Shown here piece after piece: positions 47,401-56,529 of a DNA stretch of 64,000 bases (positions are counted from its first letter, which is position 1; each line of letters starts with the position of its first letter). A program made the position numbers and the translations under genes. This DNA is from Deltaproteobacteria bacterium (GTDB taxonomy: Bacteria; Myxococcota_A; UBA9160; UBA4427): positions 92,995 through 156,994 of the forward strand of contig NZHD01000020.1 of assembly GCA_002691205.1 (NCBI GenBank). Direction: 5' to 3'. The notes below the pieces were generated by a model. The model was given only the letters and a program-made list of their open reading frames with translations, had not been told where the DNA came from and did no database searches.

Positions 47401-48503
47401 GCTCAACTTTGCGTACACCTCTGTACGCTCGTCACGTTGAGCTTGGGGCAAAAATGATGGAGTTTGCTGGCTTCTCCATGCCTGTGCACTACTCCTCAAT
47501 CAAGATCGAGCACGCCGCGGTCCGTGAATGCGCTGGAGTCTTCGACGTCTCCCACATGGGCCAAATCAGTATTCAGGGCCCCCAAAGCGTTCCATTTCTC
47601 GAGTCTCTCCTGACCTGCCACATCTCCACGCTGGAGCCTGGGCAGGTTCGATATGGCTTGATGTGTAATGAGGATGGGGGCTGCGTGGACGATGTCACGG
47701 TCTACCGCCGGGCCGAGCATGACTTCTTCCTGTGCGTCAATGCAGCCAACCTCCAGTCTGGACTCGGGTGGATCCTTGAGCACCGGCCCCAGGGCTGCAC
47801 AGTCCACGACGAAAGCTCTTCCACGGGCTTAGTTGCCCTCCAGGGACCGCACTCGGCTCGAATCCTGGACCAACTGATTGCCACCAACGACTCCGTCAAG
47901 CCCAGCGCTCTCAAGCGCTTCCGGTTTTCGACCTGGAGCTGGGAGCAGACTTCCCTTTGCGTCTCACGCACGGGCTACACCGGCTCAGACGGCTTTGAGA
48001 TCTATATCGACTCATCTGCAACGCCCAACTTCTTTGACGCGCTCATGGAGACTGGAGCCCCTCTCGGACTGGTTCCCGCTGGTCTCGGCGCGCGAGACAC
48101 CCTACGTATCGAAGCCGCCCTCCCCCTTTACGGCCATGAACTTGACTCTGAGACTTCGCCTCTCGACGCCGGTCTGGAGAAGTTCATTAAACGCAAAGAC
48201 GGGGGATTCCTTGGACATGAGGCCATGGAGCGCAGGGCCACTGACCCAGCACGCCCCCACCTGATCGGCTTCGAGCTCATCGACCGAGGCGTCGCCCGAG
48301 CCGGCTATCCCATCTACTCCGAAGAAAAAGTAATTGGCCATGTCACGTCGGGAACGCCGTCTCCCACTCTGGGCAAATCCATCGGCCTCGGCTTCGTGCC
48401 CCATGATCAAGCCAAGGAAGGTCTCGTTTTCAGTATTGATGTCCGAGGTCGCAAAATTGCCGCTCAAAGGACGAAGATTCCCTTCGTCGTAAAACCTAAA
48501 TAA
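47397..48503 (+). CDS. gcvT: Glycine cleavage aminomethyltransferase T
   Basis: FAGFSMP, FDVSHMG, DD, ALQGP, RTGYTG.DGFE, GLGARDTLR.EA...LYG. Confidence 0.96.
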   Translation: MSSTLRTPLYARHVELGAKMMEFAGFSMPVHYSSIKIEHAAVRECAGVFDVSHMGQISIQGPQSVPFLESLLTCHISTLEPGQVRYGLMCNEDGGCVDDVTVYRRAEHDFFLCVNAANLQSGLGWILEHRPQGCTVHDESSSTGLVALQGPHSARILDQLIATNDSVKPSALKRFRFSTWSWEQTSLCVSRTGYTGSDGFEIYIDSSATPNFFDALMETGAPLGLVPAGLGARDTLRIEAALPLYGHELDSETSPLDAGLEKFIKRKDGGFLGHEAMERRATDPARPHLIGFELIDRGVARAGYPIYSEEKVIGHVTSGTPSPTLGKSIGLGFVPHDQAKEGLVFSIDVRGRKIAAQRTKIPFVVKPK

Positions 48504-48545
48504 CGCAATGACTCAGCTCAAAGGCGTACGCCCAAGGAGATAGAA

Positions 48546-48947
48546 ATGGCAGACTACAACCTTCCGTCGGAACACCGTTACAGTTCAGACGATGAATGGG
48601 CCAGCCTCACCACTGAAGGCCAGTACCTCATCGGCATTAGCGACTACGCACAACAACAACTGGGCGACATCGTCTTTGTTGAGCTGCCCACCCCGGGTGA
48701 TGTAGTCACGGCCGGACGCCCTCTGGGCGTGATCGAGTCCGTCAAGGCCGTCTCTGATATTGTCTCTCCCCTATCAGGTGAGATCATCTCCATCAATGAA
48801 GATCTGGCTGACAATCCGGAAAGAATCAACGAGGACTGCTACAGCTCAGGCTGGCTCATCTGCATCGAACCCTCGGAACCGGCCGAGTTCAACGAATTGA
48901 TGAACGCGGATGAATACCTCACTCACATTGAAGAGCGTGAGGACTAA
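48546..48947 (+). CDS. gcvH: Glycine cleavage H protein
   Basis: GISDYAQ..LGDIVFVELP, lipoyl ESVKA, GWL. Confidence 0.95.
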   Translation: MADYNLPSEHRYSSDDEWASLTTEGQYLIGISDYAQQQLGDIVFVELPTPGDVVTAGRPLGVIESVKAVSDIVSPLSGEIISINEDLADNPERINEDCYSSGWLICIEPSEPAEFNELMNADEYLTHIEERED

Positions 48948-49004
48948 CCGACCTAAAGAGAACGAGGACAACAAGAACGAGGATCCTGAGCGCTCTCGAA
49001 AAAA

Positions 49005-49904
49005 TCAACCCTCTTGTTGGTCATCCTGTGTCTTTGAGACACGCATCTTCGCAATATCCGACCATGCTCCTGAGCTATCGACTTTTAAGTATTGCTTCCA
49101 ATGCTTCCGAGCTTGCGCTGGACGTGAAAGCTTCTCGAAAAGCAGTGCCAAGTTGATATGAAGGTCAGGGTAAAGAGGATCAGCCGCTAGAGCCCGCCTG
49201 TAATGATGCAGCGCCCCATCGTCTTCCCCCACCTCCTCGAGGAGGTTACCGAGGTTAAAGTTCGCCTCAAGATGATTTGAATCGAGCTTGAGGCACGCTT
49301 CGAAGTACCCGCGCGCCATAACGCGTTCGCCGCGATTGTAATAAACGGCTCCCAGATTGCAGTGACAGTCCGCAAAGTCTGGCGCGAGTTCAAGGCCAAG
49401 CAAATAACACTCGATAGCCTGACTGAGTGTGGCTGGGTCCGAATCCAATTCACAGCCCTTTGCAAAAAGAGCTTCGGCCTCCTCACTCACGGTCAGCTCT
49501 CTCTCCGCCTGAGGATCAAAATGAGCGACTTTTGGCTTCTGGTCTCGACTCACCCCTGCGAAATCTAAAACCGTCTGCCCACTCGGCTCAAGCAAGGCTC
49601 CTTCGTGTCGAACCACAATGCGATCAGACCCTTCAAGCCACACACGCAGCGAACGAACAGGATCATCCAAATCGGGCAAGTGTTCTCGAACGGCCTCCAC
49701 CTGCCTACGAATGCGATGCAGAGAGATGCCCTGCTCCAGCAAGGACAACACGCCACGAACGCTCACAAGATCAGCAAACCCAAAGCGCGGTTTCTCTTCT
49801 CCATCGAACTGCGGAGACACCAACGCTGTGCGTTCCCAGTAGCGAAGACGCGCCGGGGAAACCTTGAGGATCCTTGCGGCATCAGGGAGCGAATAAAAGC
49901 TCAC
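49005..49904 (-). CDS. MerR-type HTH protein with C-terminal TPR repeats
   Basis: AARILKVSPARLRYWER, FGFADL, then repeated A..NLG..Y TPR motifs; likely GTG start. Confidence 0.85.
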   Translation of the reverse strand: MSFYSLPDAARILKVSPARLRYWERTALVSPQFDGEEKPRFGFADLVSVRGVLSLLEQGISLHRIRRQVEAVREHLPDLDDPVRSLRVWLEGSDRIVVRHEGALLEPSGQTVLDFAGVSRDQKPKVAHFDPQAERELTVSEEAEALFAKGCELDSDPATLSQAIECYLLGLELAPDFADCHCNLGAVYYNRGERVMARGYFEACLKLDSNHLEANFNLGNLLEEVGEDDGALHHYRRALAADPLYPDLHINLALLFEKLSRPAQARKHWKQYLKVDSSGAWSDIAKMRVSKTQDDQQEG

Positions 49905-50021
49905 GGCCGGAATAGTACACAGAACAATCGCGGGAGGAAACCATCGCCTCTTATTTTTCCAAAACATCTCGATTCACCGAGATCAATTCACACGGAGCAT
50001 AGGCACGCTAGTCTTGGAGGT

Positions 50022-50120
50022 GGCGGGGTTTCCGCGGCTGGTGCCCGGCCTCGACTTCAAATCGAGTGTGGAGCGTGTCGCCACGTTCTAGGCGGGTTCG
50101 ATTCCCGTCCCTCGCCGCCA
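50022..50120 (+). tRNA. selC: tRNA-Sec(UCA)
   Basis: CTCGA-CTTCAAA-TCGAG anticodon arm, TGGT D-loop with long D-stem, 9-bp variable arm, TTCGATT T-loop, G discriminator, CCA; 99 nt. Confidence 0.92.
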
Positions 50121-50557
50121 ACAAAAGCTTCAAAAAAAATCGCCTGGGCTTTCCCCTCGATGATCAAAGTGCCATTGGGGCAAAAAAAACCCAGCTGAAA
50201 TCTCATTCAGGGTAAGCTCACCCACCCTTCAACACAGTGAAGCCTATCTGGCCCTATAAAATCCATCGTCGCAAGTCTCTGCGGATAGTGCCTTTGAACT
50301 TTATGATTTGGTTACGCCCTCAAGTCAAAACCTGCCGGAACCTCAACTCCGGCCTAATCTGGCTCAAACGCAATACAGACAGCTTTCACCTGTGTGGTAT
50401 CCTATCAGGTGAGTGATGTGGAAACAGCGGAAGAAACGCCTTTCAAGACCCCAGCCCGCTACGACCCCAGGTCGTAGCCGCACGGGCCTCCCCCGCTCTG
50501 AGCCATCCACATCCTCCATTCACCCTGGGCGCCCTGCGTCCAACATGGAGGAACACT

Positions 50558-50902
50558 ATGACCGAATCTGCCCGAATCCAAACCCATTGGCGGAATCTGC
50601 CCGCCGACGAACTCACAAATCAATACCTCGCCCGTCGCTGTGATCAACTCACTGCGGAATTTCCCGAGGCTGATAGCTTTGAAATCAGCCTCCAAGTCGA
50701 GGGGAAGCAAGTCGAGGGCCACGCACATGTTGATGGAAAGCGTACGCGTCTCGCGGCGCACACCCGCGGCGCGTTGAGTTCGCGGCAGGCGGCGGAGCGT
50801 GTTCTCGACAAGCTTGAACGTGAAATGAGAAAAGAACATGACAAACGAATTTTCAGCGCCCGTAGAAAGGCACAGAAATCGCAAGTCAAACGCCAAGAAT
50901 AA
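50558..50902 (+). CDS. HPF/RaiA-like ribosome hibernation factor (divergent)
   Basis: GGAGG RBS; beta-alpha-beta-beta-beta-alpha pattern ending AAERVLDKLEREMRKEHDK with a basic tail. Confidence 0.65.
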   Translation: MTESARIQTHWRNLPADELTNQYLARRCDQLTAEFPEADSFEISLQVEGKQVEGHAHVDGKRTRLAAHTRGALSSRQAAERVLDKLEREMRKEHDKRIFSARRKAQKSQVKRQE

Positions 50903-50972
50903 TTCTTTAGTCGGAAACGAAACCGACGGCTGCTCGAGTACCCTGGACCCCTTTGAGGCACGAGAGAGGGGT

Positions 50973-53771
50973 TCAGGCTCGAAGGGCTTCCGCCGTGTAG
51001 GAGACCTCGCTCATCATGAGATCCTCAGGGGGCCCCTCCGCCACAATTTCACCTCCCCCCGGCCCACCTTCAGGTCCGACATCAATCACCCAATCAGCGC
51101 GACGAATCAGGTCCAGATTGTGCTCCACCACAATCACGCTCCCACCCTGGTCGATCAGTTCAGCGAGACAACCGAGCAAAATCTGAACATCCGATGCATG
51201 CAGGCCCGTCGTCGGTTCATCAAAGACATAAAGGCGCCCCTTCGCGGACTCTGTGAGAGCCAGAGCCAATCGAATTCGCTGATGTTCGCCCCCCGACAGC
51301 GTAGATAGCGGCTGCCCCAAAGTGAGGTAGCTCAGACCCACTTGTGACAAAGGAGCCAGCTTCGATTCGATTCGAGTATCTCCTGCAAAGAACTCGAGGG
51401 CCTCGCGAATCGTCATCTCTAAAACATCGACGACCGAGCGGCCATCTAACTTGATACTCAAAACTTCCTTGCGGTAGCGCCTCCCTCCGCACGCATCACA
51501 GGGCATGTGAACATTGTCCAGAAACTGCATATCCACCACCACCTCGCCTGAACCTTCGCAACTATCACAGCGCCCTCCCGGCACATTGAATGAGAACCAA
51601 CCCGGGCCAACCCCCAATGCGCGTGCCTGACGTGTTGCAGCGAAGCGTTGACGTATGCCGTCAAAGGCCTTGCAGACCGTCGCCGGATTAGATCGAGCGC
51701 TTCGAACCGCCGGAGTCTGATCCACTACCACAACCCCCGACACCTTCTCAGCACCCTCAATTCGATCACACTCACCAGGAGGATCTCGACGTCCATTCTG
51801 GTCAGCCAAATTTCCAACCAAGACCGATTGAATCAGAGTCGACTTCCCGGCGCCTGAAACACCTGTGACCGCCACCATGCAGTGCAAGGGAATATTTACC
51901 GTCACTGATTTCAGGTTGTTCGCCCGAGCCCCCACAATTCGCAGGCTGTCCATTTTTTCAAGAACTCCCGCCGAACGAGGTTTTCCACTGGACTCAAATT
52001 CACCGCGAAGAAGCTTTCCTGTCTCCGAAGAAGGGTGACCTCTTACCGCGTCAAGCGACCCTTCAACGAGAAGTTGTCCTCCCAGCCTCCCCGCACCCGG
52101 ACCTAGATCGATCACATGATCGGCCGCTGCTAGAATTTCAACCGCATGCTCAACAACCACCACTGTGTTTCCCTGATCCCGGATGGCCATCAAAACGTCG
52201 ATGAGACGACGCATGTCTCGCGAATGCAATCCCACGGAGGGTTCATCTAAGACGTACAAAGAGGCCGTCAATCCACCGCCAAGTGCAGTGGCCAATTGAA
52301 TCCTCTGGGCTTCCCCTCCTGAAAGTGTTCGCATAGGTCGATCAAGTGAGATGTACCCCAAGCCCACAGCATCCAGCGTCGCCACGCGCGTCTGTAACAT
52401 TTCCGGGAGTCGGCCTGCAATCTCTTGCTCTTTTTCTGTGAGTTCCAGCGCATCGATCCATGCCGCAAGAGAAGCCACATCAAAGGTACTGAGCTCGCCC
52501 ACATGAACCCCTGCAACCTCAATGGATCGCGCCTCAGGACAAAGTCGCGACCCCTCACACTCATCGCATAAAATATAGGTTCGATAGCGCGCAATCAGAA
52601 CACGGCTTTGCACCTTGTACCGACGTCCTTCAAGCCAATCAAAAAAGCCCTGCACGCCGTACCAGCCCTCTTCATCGCCCTCCAGAACCCAGGCCCTGTC
52701 AGCCTCCTCAAGTTCAGACCAAGGCAATTCAACGGGGACACCTCGGATCTCACAGGCTGAGAGAAGGTCGCGCTCTAGGCTCCGGCCCATCGGGGTTGCA
52801 AAGGGGGCGATCGCATGATCTTTCAAACTCACATCCTGATCGGGTACCACGCGCCCCCAGTCGATCGTCGCTTGACGGCCGAACCCTTGGCAGGCCTCAC
52901 AAGCCCCCAACGGACTGTTAAACGAAAGCCGAGCAGGCTCCGGATTTGGGAAACGACGCCCACACCCCTGACATGCGAACCCTTGACGAAAGAAGGCTAA
53001 ATCGTTCTCGCCCTCACCGTGCAGAGCCACAATCAATTCGCCCTCTCCGCGCATAAAGGCGGCCGCAATCGCCTCCGAAAGGCGTGTTAATTCAGAATCC
53101 CTGGACTCCTCTGAATCTCCGTGTGTGGCCCGAATCGCCAATCGATCGATCAACAGGAAGCCCTTTGAAACCAAAGACTCAAGTACGACGATCGGTGACT
53201 CCATCCAGTCCACTACGGCCCCAGATGCATCGACCATCCGAGTAAATCCCTCAGAACAGTAACGATCTCTCAAATCCTGAAGATTCTCGCCCGTCGCTTC
53301 CGGAAGGCGAACGCCGATTAAAATTCGCTGCCCCTTAAATCGCTCTAAAATACGCTGGGCGATATCCGGAACCGTTCCTCTCTCAACCAAAAGGTCGCAG
53401 TCCGGACAACGCGTACGCCCCAGTTTCGCAAAGAAGAGACGGAGAGCATCCAAGACCTCACTGGCCGACCCGACTGTGCTGCGCGCCTGAGTGACACGGT
53501 TCACCTGCTCTATCGCAATGGCTGGAGGCAAACTCGAAATTCGGTCCACCGCCGGCCGAGGCAACCTCTCGAGAAATTGTCGAGCATACGTGGAGAGCGA
53601 ACTGACGTAGCGTCGTTGCCCCTCCGCATAAAGGGTATCGAAGGCCAACGTTGATTTGCCCGAGCCCGAAACCCCCGTAATCACTGTCAGAGATCTCAAC
53701 GGGATACGGCAGTCCACGCCCTTTAAATTGTGAGAACGGGCGTTCTCAATGAGAATCTCAGTCTGTGCCAT
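50973..53771 (-). CDS. uvrA: Excinuclease ABC subunit A
   Basis: HNLK, GVSGSGKS, LAFDTLYAEGQRRY, Zn fingers, LSGGE x2, DEPSVGLH, DEPTTGLH. Confidence 0.95.
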   Translation of the reverse strand: MAQTEILIENARSHNLKGVDCRIPLRSLTVITGVSGSGKSTLAFDTLYAEGQRRYVSSLSTYARQFLERLPRPAVDRISSLPPAIAIEQVNRVTQARSTVGSASEVLDALRLFFAKLGRTRCPDCDLLVERGTVPDIAQRILERFKGQRILIGVRLPEATGENLQDLRDRYCSEGFTRMVDASGAVVDWMESPIVVLESLVSKGFLLIDRLAIRATHGDSEESRDSELTRLSEAIAAAFMRGEGELIVALHGEGENDLAFFRQGFACQGCGRRFPNPEPARLSFNSPLGACEACQGFGRQATIDWGRVVPDQDVSLKDHAIAPFATPMGRSLERDLLSACEIRGVPVELPWSELEEADRAWVLEGDEEGWYGVQGFFDWLEGRRYKVQSRVLIARYRTYILCDECEGSRLCPEARSIEVAGVHVGELSTFDVASLAAWIDALELTEKEQEIAGRLPEMLQTRVATLDAVGLGYISLDRPMRTLSGGEAQRIQLATALGGGLTASLYVLDEPSVGLHSRDMRRLIDVLMAIRDQGNTVVVVEHAVEILAAADHVIDLGPGAGRLGGQLLVEGSLDAVRGHPSSETGKLLRGEFESSGKPRSAGVLEKMDSLRIVGARANNLKSVTVNIPLHCMVAVTGVSGAGKSTLIQSVLVGNLADQNGRRDPPGECDRIEGAEKVSGVVVVDQTPAVRSARSNPATVCKAFDGIRQRFAATRQARALGVGPGWFSFNVPGGRCDSCEGSGEVVVDMQFLDNVHMPCDACGGRRYRKEVLSIKLDGRSVVDVLEMTIREALEFFAGDTRIESKLAPLSQVGLSYLTLGQPLSTLSGGEHQRIRLALALTESAKGRLYVFDEPTTGLHASDVQILLGCLAELIDQGGSVIVVEHNLDLIRRADWVIDVGPEGGPGGGEIVAEGPPEDLMMSEVSYTAEALRA

Positions 53772-53802
53772 ACCCTAGAGCCTACACGCCCTGAAAAAGC
53801 CC

Positions 53803-54153
53803 TCAATGCTCAGCGTCGCCCACACGTGCTTGTCGACGCGCCGTCTCCGAGTAGATCGTCTTGCCGGCTTTTTCGGCCGCTTCGGCCAATTTAAGCCATC
53901 GGTCCGATGAAAAATCTCGGCCCAGAGCCTGCCCCACTTGCTTAAGAAGAAAGGCGTCTCCTTCGCCCACCGCTTGTTCAGCAAGGGCCTCAAGTCGGTC
54001 GGTGGCGTTCGCTTTTGAGAGGAAAACAATTCCCTCCTGAATTCGACCGGCTTCCATGTAGGCGTCTGCGAAAGCAAGACTCTCTGCATCGCTCATTTCT
54101 TGCTCAATAAAGTCTCTTCGCTTGAGGGAATTGGGGATCACTGTTTGTTTCAT
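53803..54153 (-). CDS. Helical hypothetical protein
   Basis: GAGG RBS before ATG 54153; lies between moeZ and uvrA; no family recognised. Confidence 0.6.
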   Translation of the reverse strand: MKQTVIPNSLKRRDFIEQEMSDAESLAFADAYMEAGRIQEGIVFLSKANATDRLEALAEQAVGEGDAFLLKQVGQALGRDFSSDRWLKLAEAAEKAGKTIYSETARRQARVGDAEH

Positions 54154-54225
54154 TCTGCGCCTCGTCTCCTCACCTTGTTTTAGGGCCTTGTACAACTCGC
54201 ATCTCAGGCCAATCGCCCGGGGTCC

Positions 54226-55389
54226 TTAATATCTAGGCACCTGATCATCCACAGTCAAAGACCAGGCTTCGATGCCTCCATCGAGATTTTTAACTTGCTC
54301 AAAGCCCGCTTCCATCAGCCTTTCGCAGACGCCCTGACTTCGCCCTCCTTTGTGGCAATGCACAATGATGGGCTTGTGCTTCCAAGCCTCCAAGCCAACT
54401 AGTCCGGCTTCAAAGTCAGAAAGGGGAATCCACTGAGCCCCCTCTATGCGAGCACAGGCGACTTCGTCGGCTTCGCGAACGTCGACCAAGAGCAACTCTT
54501 CCCCACGCTCCATCTGAGCATGCACTTCATCCGCCGAAACCGTTTCCACCCTCTCGTGCCCCGCGGAAGGAACCGCGCCACAGAAGTCGAGATAGTCAAT
54601 CAATTCAGTCACGGTGGGGTGCTCACCGCAGACCGGACAGTCCGGATCCTTTTTGAGCTGAAACTCAGTCCATTCCATGGCCAGGGCATCATAAATCAAC
54701 AAACGTCCCACCAAAGAACGACCCAATCCTGTGAGTAATTTAATAGTTTCTGTCGCCTGAACCGTCGCAATCAAACCTGGCAGAACGCCCAAGACGCCTC
54801 CTTCCGCGCAGGAGGGAACAGACCCTGGCGGGGGCGGTTCGGGGAATAAGCATCGATAACACGGCCCCGAGCGAGCATCAAAAACACTCGCCTGGCCATC
54901 AAAACGAAAAATCGAACCATAGACATTGGGCTTGCCGAGAAGAACACACGCGTCGTTAGAAAGGTAACGCGTCGGAAAATTGTCGGTTCCATCGACAATC
55001 ACATCGTAGTTCTTAAAGATTTCCAGAGCATTTCCTGAATCCAGACGCAGCTTATGCACCTCAACTTGGATGTCAGGATTCAGAGCCCGTACGCGCTCTT
55101 GGGCCACGTCCACTTTCGCTCGACCGATATCGGCCGTGCTGTAAAGAATCTGGCGCTGAAGATTAGAGAGGTCGACGACATCGTCATCCAGCAATCCGAG
55201 ACGCCCAACTCCGGCCGCTGCAAGGTAAAGAGCCAAAGGGCACCCGAGCCCTCCAGCGCCGATCAACAAAACGCTGGCCTCAAGCAAACGCTCTTGGCCC
55301 TCGATTCCCATCTCAGGGAGACTGAGGTGCCTGCGGTAACGTTCAAACTGGTCGGGACGAAGTAGACCTTTACGAGCACCCATAGGCAT
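54226..55389 (-). CDS. moeZ: MoeB/ThiF adenylyltransferase fused to rhodanese (MoeZ-like)
   Basis: RYRRH, GAGGLG, SNLQRQ, DGTDNF, CYRC, CAEGG, CPVC, rhodanese CHKGGRS. Confidence 0.92.
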   Translation of the reverse strand: MPMGARKGLLRPDQFERYRRHLSLPEMGIEGQERLLEASVLLIGAGGLGCPLALYLAAAGVGRLGLLDDDVVDLSNLQRQILYSTADIGRAKVDVAQERVRALNPDIQVEVHKLRLDSGNALEIFKNYDVIVDGTDNFPTRYLSNDACVLLGKPNVYGSIFRFDGQASVFDARSGPCYRCLFPEPPPPGSVPSCAEGGVLGVLPGLIATVQATETIKLLTGLGRSLVGRLLIYDALAMEWTEFQLKKDPDCPVCGEHPTVTELIDYLDFCGAVPSAGHERVETVSADEVHAQMERGEELLLVDVREADEVACARIEGAQWIPLSDFEAGLVGLEAWKHKPIIVHCHKGGRSQGVCERLMEAGFEQVKNLDGGIEAWSLTVDDQVPRY

Positions 55390-55495
55390 ACCCTATCCAA
55401 ACCTCACCCATTGGGCGAGGAGTCACCGTTGGCCTCTCTGCCCCATCAGGCATATCCCATTCATCCCGACAAAAGGAGTTGGGAGGGCGGGTCAA

Positions 55496-55816
55496 TCAAT
55501 CCTCTTCTTCTTTCGGCGGCAAGACCTTAATCTTGTAAGCCTTTCGGGGCTTGTCGATAAACTTCCAAGAGACCGTGACCCAATCCTTCTTTTTGAGTTC
55601 TTTCCACTCCGTCTTGCCCTCGCCCGAAACTTCGGAGGGATCGGCTGGCACAAACGACACTTTGTCACCCATGCGGTTGTCGACGATCATCCGCTTCTTG
55701 CTTACTCGATCAATCCGTCCCGTAAATTCTCTCATCTGCGCTTGAACGAGGGCCGGTCCCAAAAGAAGACTGACCACAATGAGCGAAAGACCCAGAACAC
55801 GACTCAACTTCATCAT
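55496..55816 (-). CDS. Secreted Lys-rich hypothetical protein (possible small OB-fold)
   Basis: AGGTG RBS; signal peptide ending VQA; beta-rich mature region. Confidence 0.65.
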   Translation of the reverse strand: MMKLSRVLGLSLIVVSLLLGPALVQAQMREFTGRIDRVSKKRMIVDNRMGDKVSFVPADPSEVSGEGKTEWKELKKKDWVTVSWKFIDKPRKAYKIKVLPPKEEED

Positions 55817-55915
55817 TCTCACCTTTTTCATTAAAATTCTCTCTTCTCTCCGAGCCCTCCTGAAGGCTCGTAGCACCTGTCCGAGGGCTTGGGAGACTCA
55901 GCCTACGGTAAACTG

Positions 55916-56002
55916 TGGTGCCGGAGGCGGGATTCGAACCCGCACGGCCTTGCGACCGGGGGATTTTGAGTCCCCTGCGTATACCAGTTTCGCCACTCCG
56001 GC
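55916..56002 (-). tRNA. tRNA-Leu(CAA)
   Basis: Reverse complement GCCGGAG...GGGGA-CTCAAAA-TCCCC...GTTCGAATC...CTCCGGC-ACCA. Confidence 0.95.
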
Positions 56003-56068
56003 AGCGGGCTGCATCATAACGCACGACCGATTTGTTTTCCGGCTAGGACGCTTTCAAAAAATGCCCCT

Positions 56069-56098
56069 TTGACAAGACCCCATGCGGCGGGTTAGCCT
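56069..56098 (+). promoter_or_regulatory. Sigma70 promoter for tRNA-Ala
   Basis: TTGACA-N18-TAGCCT, 13 nt before the tRNA. Confidence 0.6.
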
Positions 56099-56111
56099 GC
56101 CCATCCCGTGT

Positions 56112-56187
56112 GGGGCCGTAGCTCAGTTGGGAGAGTGCCTGAATGGCATTCAGGAGGTCGCCGGTTCGATCCCGGCCGGCTCCACCA
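56112..56187 (+). tRNA. tRNA-Ala(GGC)
   Basis: GGGGCCG/CGGCTCC acceptor stem with G3:U70, CCTGA-ATGGCAT-TCAGG anticodon arm, CCA; 76 nt. Confidence 0.96.
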
Positions 56188-56432
56188 GGGACCGCTTCTT
56201 CAAGGGCGTGCAGAAAACACAATCGAAGCCGCCCACCGAAAGGCCTCTGGCTTTTCCCCGCGGGTCCCCAGCCCTGCCCCAACCGCTCATGCTCGGCACT
56301 GCATGGCCCCTCAAGTACGCCACGAGCCCCGCTCAACTCTGGATTCAGAACTTTTGCCATGAGCTGGAAGCCGCCCCGATCCAGATGCCCTGGAACATGC
56401 ATTTTGAAAGACCCGACGCCCTGTCACGCCCG

Positions 56433-56446
56433 TAGAACGTGTTCTA
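56433..56446. promoter_or_regulatory. KstR-type operator within a putative sigma70 promoter
   Basis: TAGAACGTGTTCTA fits TnnAACnnGTTnnA; it lies between CTGTCA (56421-56426) and TAATAT (56445-56450). Confidence 0.7.
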
Positions 56447-56529
56447 ATATCGGCGCCGTTCGGCTCGGCCCTTTGGCGCCGGCGCCGCTTTCATCGACGG
56501 ACCACACGACCTTGAAGCAGGAGTTCCTC

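Noticed and set aside
56143-56529. N-terminal extension of the 455-aa ORF
   Set aside because: It overlaps tRNA-Ala and the promoter; the real start is ATG 56530 after AGGAG. Similar over-extended starts were trimmed for nadA, nadC, hsp20, gspG, gspL, tldD and ltp3.
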